A stretch of DNA of 62,603 bases, taken from contig PLXI01000234.1 in assembly GCA_003151375.1 (NCBI GenBank), positions 1-62,603 on the forward strand. The letters run 5' to 3'. Under the pieces are notes generated by a model that was given only the letters and a program-made list of their open reading frames with translations, did no database searches and had not been told where the DNA came from. Made by a program: the position numbers and the translations under genes. The DNA is from Hyphomicrobiales bacterium. Lineage in GTDB: Bacteria > Pseudomonadota > Alphaproteobacteria > Rhizobiales > Aestuariivirgaceae. This document shows, piece after piece, positions 54,382-62,603 of this stretch (position 1 is its first letter; each line of letters begins with the position of its first letter).

Positions 54382-54851
54382 GCCTGCACCGTTTCTAAAA
54401 CCTGCTTGGCAGCATAGATTGCGCTGTTAGGCTTTGTCAGTGAAGCCAGTCGCTTCCGCAATCGGGTCATGTTGGCATTTGAGTTCGACAACATATAGGC
54501 CGGAAATCCAACTTCGCCCGAAAGTGCCGGTTGCTTCATTTTCGCTATTTGATCGGGATTCCAGCCAGCCGCCAGCAAGCCCGCATCATTGCCAAACTTG
54601 AGAAAGCGATTTGCAAGCTTCATCATCCCGTGTTGGCGTTCCAAGGCCCTCAAACGATCAGTAATCTTGGCTACGGAGTCTGGATCTCCGGAAGAAATCC
54701 TCCGCCCAGCGAGCGCGGCTTGTGTGCGCCGCTCTGCCGCTTGAGGGTTGGCGATTTGTTCAAGATCATGGGGTGTCATTTCAATTATCCTCTTGTTGTA
54801 AATTGCAGCCACTCGCCGCAAAAATTCATCATATGGTATGTCGCTTTTCAT
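54378..54851 (-). CDS. DUF3560-like protein
   Basis: ISS.DP..V.K....L..LE......K.AN...GFP.Y.LSN.NAN..R...RL. Confidence 0.65.
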   Translation of the reverse strand: MKSDIPYDEFLRRVAAIYNKRIIEMTPHDLEQIANPQAAERRTQAALAGRRISSGDPDSVAKITDRLRALERQHGMMKLANRFLKFGNDAGLLAAGWNPDQIAKMKQPALSGEVGFPAYMLSNSNANMTRLRKRLASLTKPNSAIYAAKQVLETVQA

Positions 54852-55108
54852 GCTGTTTCATCAGCCGCCACCTCCTGCTCAAACTGTTCAGGCGTAATCG
54901 CCTTAAACTCAGCTACCGTGAGGCATTCCTTTGCCTCGTAAAACTTGCCCTGCCATTGGGCAAAGGCCGAAAACACTGGCCGCCCTGCCGCATTGTGGCT
55001 CATGGGCTCACCAACCAGAAAGCCCATCCCCGTCATAACTTCGGGCGGCAGGCATCCCAGCATTTCCCAATAACGTTCTTCTGTAACTTGATTCCAATTA
55101 GCCATTGG
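54848..55108 (-). CDS. DUF1419-like protein
   Basis: VTEERYWEML..LPP...FLVGEP; GGAGG SD. Confidence 0.55.
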   Translation of the reverse strand, partial: PMANWNQVTEERYWEMLGCLPPEVMTGMGFLVGEPMSHNAAGRPVFSAFAQWQGKFYEAKECLTVAEFKAITPEQFEQEVAADETA

Positions 55109-55298
55109 CCGCCTCCTCAACCATGAAGCCGATCTTGGCATTCTCGCTTAGTACCATCACATAGCGAGCAAATTGACCCTTGCGGCGCCCCATCGTGGCC
55201 ATGATAATATCCCCGACAAAGCAAACGGGAAGTTCCTTGTTCCAGCAATATAGGCCCTTCTGCCCAATCTGGATTTGTTCAATTTGATTTCTGTTCAT
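55098..55298 (-). CDS. Hypothetical protein
   Basis: 66 aa; GGAGG SD. Confidence 0.5.
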   Translation of the reverse strand: MNRNQIEQIQIGQKGLYCWNKELPVCFVGDIIMATMGRRKGQFARYVMVLSENAKIGFMVEEAANG

Positions 55299-55643
55299 TC
55301 AGGCCTCCACTTGTTGTTGCTGCCAGAAGGCAAATGCCTTGGCATAGGTTTCGCCATTCAAAGTCAGGCCGACATATTGCATTGCGTTGGGCTGTGCCGC
55401 TCCAAACTCTTGCGGCCATGCCGCCGCAACCAAGGCCCACTCACAATCTTCTTCAAAGGCGTTGCCCTTGCCGTACACATTGCACTTTAAGGCCTCTGGC
55501 ATCGCTGCCATGCGTTCAGGGCTCAAGAGCAAGCCCCCGTGGCTGGCAGTTCCGACCGACCAGATGCCAGGCATAACCTCATCGGCATATTGGATTTGCC
55601 CCCATGGGCAGGTCTTAGGCTTTGGACTGTTTTGGAAATTCAT
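55299..55643 (-). CDS. DUF7007-like protein (first gene of the leftward early operon)
   Basis: PWG..Q......PGI..V.TASHGG..LS.ER...MP..L...EEDC.WA.V. Confidence 0.65.
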   Translation of the reverse strand: MNFQNSPKPKTCPWGQIQYADEVMPGIWSVGTASHGGLLLSPERMAAMPEALKCNVYGKGNAFEEDCEWALVAAAWPQEFGAAQPNAMQYVGLTLNGETYAKAFAFWQQQQVEA

Positions 55644-55716
55644 ATTTCCCTCTCTTTCAATACCTAGATAAAGATTAAATCGTGAATATGCTAGTGGGCA
55701 GATTGTCGCACCTCTA

Positions 55717-55745
55717 TTGACGGCGGACTAACAGGCGCATATTAA
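55717..55745 (+). promoter_or_regulatory. Sigma70-type promoter for the XRE regulator, in the divergent control region
   Basis: TTGACG followed by CATATTAA; ATG 8 nt after the -10, no SD. Confidence 0.5.
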
Positions 55746-55753
55746 ATCGTTGC

Positions 55754-56023
55754 ATGATCAAAGCCCCGCCTCCCATCCCATCACCCCGCCAGCTTCGCAC
55801 CATCCGCGCTTGGTTTGGCATTAAACAACCAGATTTCGCTAGGAATTGCTCAATCTCACACTCGGCACTGGCGGGTTATGAGCTGGGCCGGCGCAAGACC
55901 TCTCAGGATGTTTTGATGGCCATCGCCAGGTACGTCGATACCCGCAATGTTAAATTCGATGATGTTTCTTTGACCTTTGATCATGGGGCTACATCCCTTC
56001 TCAAGGTGGAAAAGACTTCGTGA
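55754..56023 (+). CDS. XRE/Cro-CI-family HTH regulator
   Basis: QLR.IR...GI.Q..FA....IS...LA.YE.G. Confidence 0.85.
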   Translation: MIKAPPPIPSPRQLRTIRAWFGIKQPDFARNCSISHSALAGYELGRRKTSQDVLMAIARYVDTRNVKFDDVSLTFDHGATSLLKVEKTS

Positions 56024-56565
56024 CTGACACTTCCATAGACCTTATTTTGGCTAAGAAGGCCTCTAACGAGGTCAAAATCAGGACGCTTGAGGCCGAAAAT
56101 GTCGATTTGGACATCGCCGTTGCCGTTTTGCGCAGTCTATCAGCAAAGACTGAGGAACCTAAAACTCCATACGACGAGACACTTGTTGAGTTCAAACCTG
56201 ATGAGGTGAAGGAAATGATCGAGCAAGCAGAAGTCAAACCCGCCGATCCTCCCGCCCAACAAACCGTCAATTCCCCCCAGCTTCCACGAGAAAAGATCAT
56301 CCTTAACGGCCGCTATTTGATCGTCGGCCAAATCGCCATCAATCTATTCCCCGATGAAGTAAAGCTGGCCGCTGCAATGTTGAATAAATTCGGCGAAACA
56401 CTAAAGAAATCAGATGCTCACAAACTTGACAGAAAGCCTGAAATCCCAATCCTGCGCCTCAAGAGCCGATTGGAGAAATCAGGCATCCACATTGAAGTTC
56501 GACACAACGGCTGGGCGCTTGCAAATGAGGTGGCCAGTCCAACCCAAACGGAGACAAAACCATGA
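56020..56565 (+). CDS. Hypothetical protein, possible C-terminal winged helix
   Basis: I.RLK..LE..GI.I..R..GW.L resembles the OmpR-type C-terminal pattern; GTGA coupling. Confidence 0.55.
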   Translation: MTDTSIDLILAKKASNEVKIRTLEAENVDLDIAVAVLRSLSAKTEEPKTPYDETLVEFKPDEVKEMIEQAEVKPADPPAQQTVNSPQLPREKIILNGRYLIVGQIAINLFPDEVKLAAAMLNKFGETLKKSDAHKLDRKPEIPILRLKSRLEKSGIHIEVRHNGWALANEVASPTQTETKP

Positions 56566-56852
56566 CCGAGCGCAAACCAGATTGGGCTGACGAAATAGCA
56601 TTCCGCCTATGCGGCTTTTCAAAACAACCTGACGCTGAATGGCCTCCTGAATGGTTATATACTGCTAAACCTATAGCCGCCGCCCTTCGCAAAGCCAAGG
56701 CTGATGGAGTGCGTGAAACCGCAGCGTGGCTTTTAGGAATGGTTGAGCATGATAATGTGCCTGGAGGGAACGCTGACGCTGCACTCCATTTTGAAGCCAT
56801 GCAGCCCGCATTGCGAGATCAAGCCGACAAGATTGAGAAAGGCGAAGCATAA
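56562..56852 (+). CDS. Hypothetical protein (paralog of 52482..52763)
   Basis: MTERKPDWADEIA...IAAALRKAKADGV. Confidence 0.65.
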   Translation: MTERKPDWADEIAFRLCGFSKQPDAEWPPEWLYTAKPIAAALRKAKADGVRETAAWLLGMVEHDNVPGGNADAALHFEAMQPALRDQADKIEKGEA

Positions 56853-56965
56853 ACCTGTGGATTTATCATTGCAGCGTCCCACAAGCTATGATACACGCAA
56901 TCCGTACACCTGAGCCAATTTGGTGTTGTTGCTGTAGCTCCCCCCTCCCGGGAAGCCCAACCCTC

Positions 56966-56999
56966 AAGCCCCGCCATCCCCTTGGTGGGGTTTCTTTTT
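56966..56999 (+). terminator. Rho-independent terminator
   Basis: AAGCCCCGCCA-TCCCCT-TGGTGGGGTTT followed by CTTTTT. Confidence 0.75.
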
Positions 57000-57173
57000 G
57001 TCGGCCAGCCACTAATTTTTTTATTGTGCATAATTTCTGTTAATGTTAACGTACAGCCTGCTCCCTCGGTGTTGCTAGATCAACTTCTACGCGGAAAGTT
57101 CAGCGCTGAACCCAACAAAAGCTAGGATTTAGTAATCGCCGGGGAAGCCGTTTTCATAATTTTCCTCCCAAAA

Positions 57174-57202
57174 TTGACATAACACAAACCCCAGCCTATC
57201 TT
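57174..57202 (+). promoter_or_regulatory. Near-consensus sigma70 promoter for terS
   Basis: TTGACA-17 nt-TATCTT; ATG 7 nt after the -10. Confidence 0.7.
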
Positions 57203-57209
57203 TGCGCTT

Positions 57210-57746
57210 ATGCCAGTCCTCAAAAACCCAAAGCATGAAAGGTTCGCCCAAGAGCTTGCAAAGGGTAAAACCGCAGAAGAAGCCTATCGGCAAGCTGGTT
57301 ATGCACCATCCCTCAAAAATGCTCAAAGATTGAAGTCTTTTGAGGGTATTCGGAGCCGGACAGAAGAAATCCTAAACAAATCAGCGACAAAGGCTGGGAT
57401 AACCATAGACAAGATCACCAAAGAACTCGCTAAAATCGGGTTTTCTGACATCCGCAAATCAGTTAAATGGGGCAGTGAACTCTCATTGTACAACGAAAGC
57501 GGTGATCTCCACATCATCAATGGCGTTGCCTTGATCGACAGCGACAAGATAGACGACGAAACCGCAGGCGCCATCTCAGAGATATCCCAAACCAAAGACG
57601 GCATGAAAATCAAGTTCCATGATAAGCGCGCCGCATTGGTTGACCTCGGCAAGCATTTGGGTATGTTTAAAAACACGCTTGAACTCAGCGTCGACTCCAA
57701 ACTCTCAGATCTTGTTCTAGCCAGCTTGGTCAAGCAGGAAAAATGA
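57210..57746 (+). CDS. terS: Terminase small subunit
   Basis: MPVLKNPKHERFAQ..A.G....EAY..AGY...EL.KIGFSDI...IKFHDK..AL..LGKHLGMF. Confidence 0.9.
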   Translation: MPVLKNPKHERFAQELAKGKTAEEAYRQAGYAPSLKNAQRLKSFEGIRSRTEEILNKSATKAGITIDKITKELAKIGFSDIRKSVKWGSELSLYNESGDLHIINGVALIDSDKIDDETAGAISEISQTKDGMKIKFHDKRAALVDLGKHLGMFKNTLELSVDSKLSDLVLASLVKQEK

Positions 57747-57937
57747 TGGTGGAAAATTGTGAACTTTGGCGCGACCAAAATAAGGGTGCACCGCAACCTG
57801 AAGGGTTTTCAACATATCATCGACACTTTCAAAAATATGCGTGGGCATGGTCATATTCTGAAATCGAGTACTGCTATTGTCCGATCTGTGGCTGCATTCC
57901 AAAGACCATAATAGGGCGTAGGAAACCATCTCCTTGA
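57743..57937 (+). CDS. Small hypothetical protein between terS and terL
   Basis: ATGA/TTGA-coupled; YCPICG. Confidence 0.5.
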   Translation: MMVENCELWRDQNKGAPQPEGFSTYHRHFQKYAWAWSYSEIEYCYCPICGCIPKTIIGRRKPSP

Positions 57938-59388
57938 CCCTCGCGGCCGCCGATCAGATCAGATTATGGCGGGAAAAGCCCGTTCAATTCGTGCGCGACC
58001 TGTTCAAGGTTGAGCCAGACGCATGGCAGCTAGAAGCGCTAGAAGCGTTTCCAACTTGCCCAAGGCTTGCCCTCAAAGCCTGTGCAGGGCCAGGCAAGAC
58101 CGCTGTTCTGGCATGGATCGGCTGGAATTTCCTGCTCACCCGCCCATTTCCATATGTGGCAGTCACTTCGATCACCGGCTCCAACCTCAAGGGCAATCTA
58201 TGGACAGAGCTCGCGCGCTGGTATGAAAAATCGCCGCTGCTCAAGGCCACGTTCAAAATCACCGGCTCTACCATCTCGGCAATCCAGCATGAAGCCACAT
58301 GGAAGCTTGAAGCCAAAACATGGGCCAGAGACGCTAACCCGGAGCAAATCGGCAACTCATTGGCAGGTGTGCACGCCGATTATGTCATGTGGTTGCTCGA
58401 TGAATCAGGCGATTATCCGGATTCCATCATGCCAACCTGCGAAAGCATCTTTGCTGGCAATCCCAAAGAAGCCCACATTGTCCAAGCAGGCAACCCAACA
58501 AGGCGTGGTGGCCCGCTTTACAAGGCGTTTCTTGCGCGCGGCCTGTGGAAAATCATTACAATCACGGCGGATCCAGACGACCCAAAGCGCACGCCCCGTG
58601 TATCGGTTGAACATGCCCGCGCACAAATCGCGCAATACGGCCGGGATAATCCATGGGTGAAGGTCAAGATATTTGGCGAATTCCCCGATACTGATTTCAA
58701 TGCGCTGATTGGCATCGAGGAAGTCCAAGCCGCCATGAAGCGGTTTTACCGTGAAATGGACATTGGCAATGCGCCGCGCGTGCTGGGCGTTGACGTGGCA
58801 AGGTTCGGTGATGACAGTTCAGTGATTGCCCCGCGCCAGGGCATTCAGTGTTTCCCGTTCATCAAGCACCGCAACCTGACCTCGACGCAAGGCGCCGGCA
58901 TTGTGTCGCGCAAATGGATTGAGTGGAAAGCCGATGCAGCGTTTGTGGACGATACTGGCGGCTTTGGTGCAGGCTGGATTGATCAGTTGCGATTGCTCGG
59001 CCGCTCACCGATTGGCGTGCCCTTCTCCGGCCAGGCGCACAACAAATCGCGCTATGTCAACAAGCGCGCGGAGATGTATTTTGATGCCGTGGAATGGATT
59101 AAGCGCGGCGGCGCCTTGTGTGAAAACCCAGAATTGGCCGCGGCCTTGGCACAAACGACCTACACGATCCAAGGCGACCGGCTTTTGCTGGAGCCCAAAG
59201 AGGATGTGAAAGACAAAATAGGCTTCAGCCCAGATGATGCCGACGCATTTGTGTTAACCTTTGCCGAGCCGGTGACAGTGCAAAATCAGGTCGCAGCCCC
59301 TGCGCGCCACACAGTCGAATATGACCCATTCAGCACAGGTGTTGCCAATGCCGTGTCTTCATCCTATGATCCATATTCGGAGAGATAG
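57934..59388 (+). CDS. terL: Terminase large subunit
   Basis: ACAGPGKT Walker A, LLDES Walker B, GNPT motif, LGVDVARFGDD and SPD.ADA nuclease motifs. Confidence 0.95.
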   Translation: MTLAAADQIRLWREKPVQFVRDLFKVEPDAWQLEALEAFPTCPRLALKACAGPGKTAVLAWIGWNFLLTRPFPYVAVTSITGSNLKGNLWTELARWYEKSPLLKATFKITGSTISAIQHEATWKLEAKTWARDANPEQIGNSLAGVHADYVMWLLDESGDYPDSIMPTCESIFAGNPKEAHIVQAGNPTRRGGPLYKAFLARGLWKIITITADPDDPKRTPRVSVEHARAQIAQYGRDNPWVKVKIFGEFPDTDFNALIGIEEVQAAMKRFYREMDIGNAPRVLGVDVARFGDDSSVIAPRQGIQCFPFIKHRNLTSTQGAGIVSRKWIEWKADAAFVDDTGGFGAGWIDQLRLLGRSPIGVPFSGQAHNKSRYVNKRAEMYFDAVEWIKRGGALCENPELAAALAQTTYTIQGDRLLLEPKEDVKDKIGFSPDDADAFVLTFAEPVTVQNQVAAPARHTVEYDPFSTGVANAVSSSYDPYSER

Positions 59389-59391
59389 ACC

Positions 59392-59631
59392 ATGAACCTG
59401 CTCGTCATCGGCCTTTACATCAACAGCGCGCTATATTTGACCGGCTGTTTTGTGGCCGGATTGATGCTTCACAACCCTCTCGCGTGGCAGTTGGCGTTGT
59501 TTTCAGCCGGAATGTCATACGTTTCCTATTATCTCCAAATCATTGACCAGCGATTTATAGCCAGTCTTGCAGTTGCATTGGCATTCGGCGCTGGTGCAAC
59601 CTCTGGCCTTTTTCTTTCGGTGATCTCATGA
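59392..59631 (+). CDS. Small membrane protein
   Basis: Three hydrophobic segments; GGAG SD. Confidence 0.55.
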   Translation: MNLLVIGLYINSALYLTGCFVAGLMLHNPLAWQLALFSAGMSYVSYYLQIIDQRFIASLAVALAFGAGATSGLFLSVIS

Positions 59632-59846
59632 GCTTTCTTTTGCCCCAAGCCCCAGCCGCCCCAGCTGCACCACCACCACCGCCAACACCAGCCACAATGG
59701 CCAATGGCGCGGTTCAAACGTCCGGCACCGCAGCACGAGCCGCAGCTGCAGCCGCAGCAGGTGGCGGATTTAACGACACAGTGAAATCATCATCACAAGG
59801 CGATCTGGGCCAGCCAACGGCACCCAAACAACTGTTTGGAAATTAG
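59628..59846 (+). CDS. Small Pro/Ala-rich pre-portal protein
   Basis: PPPPP...G...T...S.QG.....K.LFG, typical of the gene preceding this portal type. Confidence 0.7.
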   Translation: MSFLLPQAPAAPAAPPPPPTPATMANGAVQTSGTAARAAAAAAAGGGFNDTVKSSSQGDLGQPTAPKQLFGN

Positions 59847-59849
59847 ACC

Positions 59850-61676
59850 ATGCTTGAGGCCGACACCGACGCCGCACCGTATGAGGAAATGGGTCCGTCC
59901 CTTCTAACGCGGCAACCTGCAACCGCCCCTGATAAACTGCCCAAACCTGAAACTGATTGGAGCACGATCTATCAACATCTGGAATCGCGCATGTCAGCAC
60001 TTAGAACTTGGCGTTATTCATTCTGGTCCCACTGGGCAATTCTGGCTGAGTTTTTTATTCCGCGCCGCTATCATTGGGTCATCACCGCCAATAAATATAA
60101 CAAAGGCAAGCCGATCAATGACAACATCATTGATGGCGTAGGAACGCTAGCCGTCAACGTTTGTTCAAGCGGGTTATGGACTGGCCTCACCAGCCCATCA
60201 CGGCCATGGTTCAAGATGGATGTGGCGTTGCCATGGATCACGCTGGATGCCGATGGCTCGGCGTGGCTGGAAGATACCCAGCAGCGGATTTACACCGTAT
60301 TGGCGCAATCCAACTTTTACAAAACCATGGCGCAAGCATTCCAAGACGTGACGGTGTTTGGCACTGCCCCAGTGATTTGTTACGAAGACTTTGAAGACGT
60401 TGTGCGCTTCTATCTGCCCTGCGCCGGCGAGTATTTCCTTGGCGTTGGTTCAAGGCTGGATGTGGACACGCTTTACCGCGAATTTGTGCTGACCGTGCTG
60501 CAAATCGTTGAGATGTTCAAACTGGAAAACTGCCCACCTGAAGTGCAGAAAATGTGGGAAACAGGTGGCGGCTCGTTAGAACAGGAATTTGTGGTTGCCT
60601 GTGCCATTGAGCCAAATTTCGCCATCTCAAAAAAGGGCAAAGGCAAGGAACAAGACCAGGCCACCGTTGTCCCCGGAATTTTCACCTATCGTGAGGTCTA
60701 TTGGGTCAAGGGCAATAAATGCGAACGTCCGCTAAGCAAGCGTGGTTTTAATGACAAGCCATTCATGGCGCTGCGCTGGTCAGAGGTTAGCAATGATCCC
60801 TATGGTCGTTCACCTTGCATGGATGCACTGGGCGATAACAAGCAAGTGCAGATGGAAACACGCCGCAAGGCCGAGTTCATCGAAAAGGGTGTGCGCCCAC
60901 CAATGGGTGCCAATCCTGAACTGAAGAATGAACCAAGCTCGATCATCCCTGGCATGATCACCTATATGAGCACCGATGGCGGCAAAAAGGGCTTCTGGCC
61001 CTTGTTTGAGGTCAACTTCGGCTGGTTGGCTCCCATCGTGGCCGATATTGAGAAGGTTTCAGCGCGAATCAATTCAGCTTTGTTCGTGGATCTGTTCATG
61101 GCCATCTCGCGCATGGAAGGCGTGCAGCCACGCAACGAACTTGAACTGACCAAGCGCGACCTCGAACGCTTGCAGCAGCTTGGCCCAATCATCAATTCAG
61201 CGGAAAATGAATTAAGCACGATGATCCGGCGTGTGCTGGGCATCATGACCCGCCGTAAAATGTTAAAGCCAATGCCCAAGAGCTTGCAGGGCGTGCCCCT
61301 CAAGATCGACTACACCTCGATTATGAAAATGGCGCAGCGCAGTGCCGAATCAGTCTCCATGAAGGATTTCTTCAGCACAGCTGGCGTGCTGTCCAGTGCG
61401 GCCAAAGCCGCCAGTGTGCCCGACCCGATCAGAACCGTTAATCTGGACAAAGCTTTGGCGCACTATGGCGACTTGGTGAATTTCCCAACTGACTGCCTGT
61501 TTACGCCAAAAGAGGTTGAATCTCACGATCAGGCCAGAGCGCAGGCCAAGCAACAAGCGCAAATCCCCGGCATGGCTGCTGCTGGTGTGAATGCGGCAAA
61601 GACCCTTTCCGAAACCCAAGTGCCAGGTGGCAATGCACTCAATGCGTTGCTAACAGGCCAAACGGGGCAACAATGA
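59850..61676 (+). CDS. Portal protein (T7/BPP-1-type head-tail connector)
   Basis: GL..GLTSPSRPWF...SNFY...FGTA...RW......YGRSP.M.ALGD.KQ.Q...FVDLF...E.L.QLGP. Confidence 0.93.
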   Translation: MLEADTDAAPYEEMGPSLLTRQPATAPDKLPKPETDWSTIYQHLESRMSALRTWRYSFWSHWAILAEFFIPRRYHWVITANKYNKGKPINDNIIDGVGTLAVNVCSSGLWTGLTSPSRPWFKMDVALPWITLDADGSAWLEDTQQRIYTVLAQSNFYKTMAQAFQDVTVFGTAPVICYEDFEDVVRFYLPCAGEYFLGVGSRLDVDTLYREFVLTVLQIVEMFKLENCPPEVQKMWETGGGSLEQEFVVACAIEPNFAISKKGKGKEQDQATVVPGIFTYREVYWVKGNKCERPLSKRGFNDKPFMALRWSEVSNDPYGRSPCMDALGDNKQVQMETRRKAEFIEKGVRPPMGANPELKNEPSSIIPGMITYMSTDGGKKGFWPLFEVNFGWLAPIVADIEKVSARINSALFVDLFMAISRMEGVQPRNELELTKRDLERLQQLGPIINSAENELSTMIRRVLGIMTRRKMLKPMPKSLQGVPLKIDYTSIMKMAQRSAESVSMKDFFSTAGVLSSAAKAASVPDPIRTVNLDKALAHYGDLVNFPTDCLFTPKEVESHDQARAQAKQQAQIPGMAAAGVNAAKTLSETQVPGGNALNALLTGQTGQQ

Positions 61677-61999
61677 AACATTTCCTTCACGCATTTTATC
61701 TTTCGTCAGATAAAAACGGCAATGACCTTACTCCAAACGTGAGTTGTTTAAGAATCTTGGAATGGAAAGTTGTTAAACTTTATGCCGGTGGCGAGCATCA
61801 GCTTATCGTGACGAGCTATAGGTCAACTTTGGATGAAACACCGAAGACATTCACACATGCATGGTCATTGTTCCCCGGCAATCGTTTCTACATCGTCGAG
61901 AATAATCCAGACGAAGTCCAAGAGCCAAATGGACGGATTGTTTGGCGCTGGGATGAAGAGGTGCAAGACACCCATGATGGAAAATCACTAAATGAGTGA
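61673..61999 (+). CDS. Hypothetical protein
   Basis: 108 aa, ATGA-coupled to the portal, AT-richer. Confidence 0.55.
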   Translation: MKHFLHAFYLSSDKNGNDLTPNVSCLRILEWKVVKLYAGGEHQLIVTSYRSTLDETPKTFTHAWSLFPGNRFYIVENNPDEVQEPNGRIVWRWDEEVQDTHDGKSLNE

Positions 62000-62471
62000 T
62001 CTCACTGAGACTGAAATTTTCTCATGCTTGAGTGAGAACTTCAAACTCGCGGCTGAGCATTGCGAGGATTTGGCCAAACTGCCAGCCAAGGGACCAACCT
62101 ACAAAAAGCTGATCGACGAACTAAAACTGATTGAGGGCGCGTGCCGGCAAGCTGCTTATTGGCGCCAAGATGATCGTTGGTTCAAAATTGGGCTCTATGC
62201 CGAGGAATGTCACAAGAAGGCCGGCGGCTGGCTTCGCACCTTTGCGCCGTCGAAATATTTCCTCAAGTTGGCAGAGGCTTTGCGGGCCGGGCATATGAAA
62301 GCAGAAGAGTTCAAGACGAAAAAGACAGGCCAAACAGGCATGTTACTCACCGAACTTAATGTGGGACATGAAGCCCCATTGCGGCAAAGAGCATACTCTG
62401 TTATCCTGCCAAAACCGGAACCGAGAAAAAGTCCCGGCGGAATCATAATTCCAAGTGGTGTTATCCATTGA
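61992..62471 (+). CDS. Hypothetical protein
   Basis: 159 aa; ends SPGGIIIP. Confidence 0.7.
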   Translation: MSDLTETEIFSCLSENFKLAAEHCEDLAKLPAKGPTYKKLIDELKLIEGACRQAAYWRQDDRWFKIGLYAEECHKKAGGWLRTFAPSKYFLKLAEALRAGHMKAEEFKTKKTGQTGMLLTELNVGHEAPLRQRAYSVILPKPEPRKSPGGIIIPSGVIH

Positions 62472-62603
62472 CTGACGGGGATGAAAATGAGGCAGACGGC
62501 GATCAACTTGAGGTTCTGGCAAGCGAACAGCCAACCGTTGATGCTGCAAATCCTGTCATGGTTCGGGGCCGCAAAAAGAAGGTCGAACTTGAGCGCCTGC
62601 AAG
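62468..62603 (+). CDS. 5' part of Bbp19-like protein (continues at position 1)
   Basis: TTG overlapping the upstream TGA; open to the window end and in frame with 1..284. Confidence 0.7.
   Translation, partial: MTDGDENEADGDQLEVLASEQPTVDAANPVMVRGRKKKVELERLQ

Larger units (their letters stand above)
1..62603. mobile_element. Complete (circularly permuted) tailed-phage genome, podovirus-type, BPP-1/epsilon15-like head module
   Basis: terS-terL-portal at the right end continue into scaffold-MCP at the left end; an ORF is open across the junction; no host housekeeping genes seen. Confidence 0.93.

Noticed and set aside
1-62603. CRISPR array or other regularly spaced repeat-spacer array
   Set aside because: No series of equal repeats with unique spacers seen in any intergenic region by eye

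Overview
The window looks like a complete, circularly closed genome of a ~62.6-kb short-tailed (podovirus-type) phage with BPP-1/epsilon15-like head genes. One ORF reads in frame across the 62603/1 junction. The host is probably an alphaproteobacterium (inference from a GapR-like gene and the early-gene families). Layout: late genes on + from 57210 through the junction to 35868 (terS, terL, portal, scaffold, major capsid, cement and staple proteins, fibre/spike proteins, three tandem adaptor paralogs, nozzle, internal virion proteins including a 2569-aa multidomain protein, lysis cassette, small nucleotidyltransferase). A minus-strand recombination block follows (RecE-like, AAA ATPase, RecT, HNH, HAD), then a plus-strand block (GapR-like, RuvC-like, two methyltransferases, lambda O-like initiator with iterons), then a minus-strand cluster of small early genes diverging from an XRE regulator. 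I recognised no integrase, DNA polymerase, reverse transcriptase, CRISPR array or canonical tRNA. The most unusual signals are: (1) three fibre/spike proteins with classical Sec signal peptides and paired cysteines, two of them sharing an exact 122-bp repeat; (2) two ~180-200-nt tRNA-scaffold RNAs whose anticodon arm is replaced by a large structured insert, one next to a Pol-beta-type nucleotidyltransferase; (3) a triplicated head-tail adaptor; (4) a Gly-Gly-terminated small protein overlapping a Cys/His partner gene; (5) a zeta-toxin-like kinase domain inside a presumed ejected protein; (6) an amidase-muramidase-membrane endolysin with a nested in-frame start. All family assignments come from motif recognition and gene order, not database searches.
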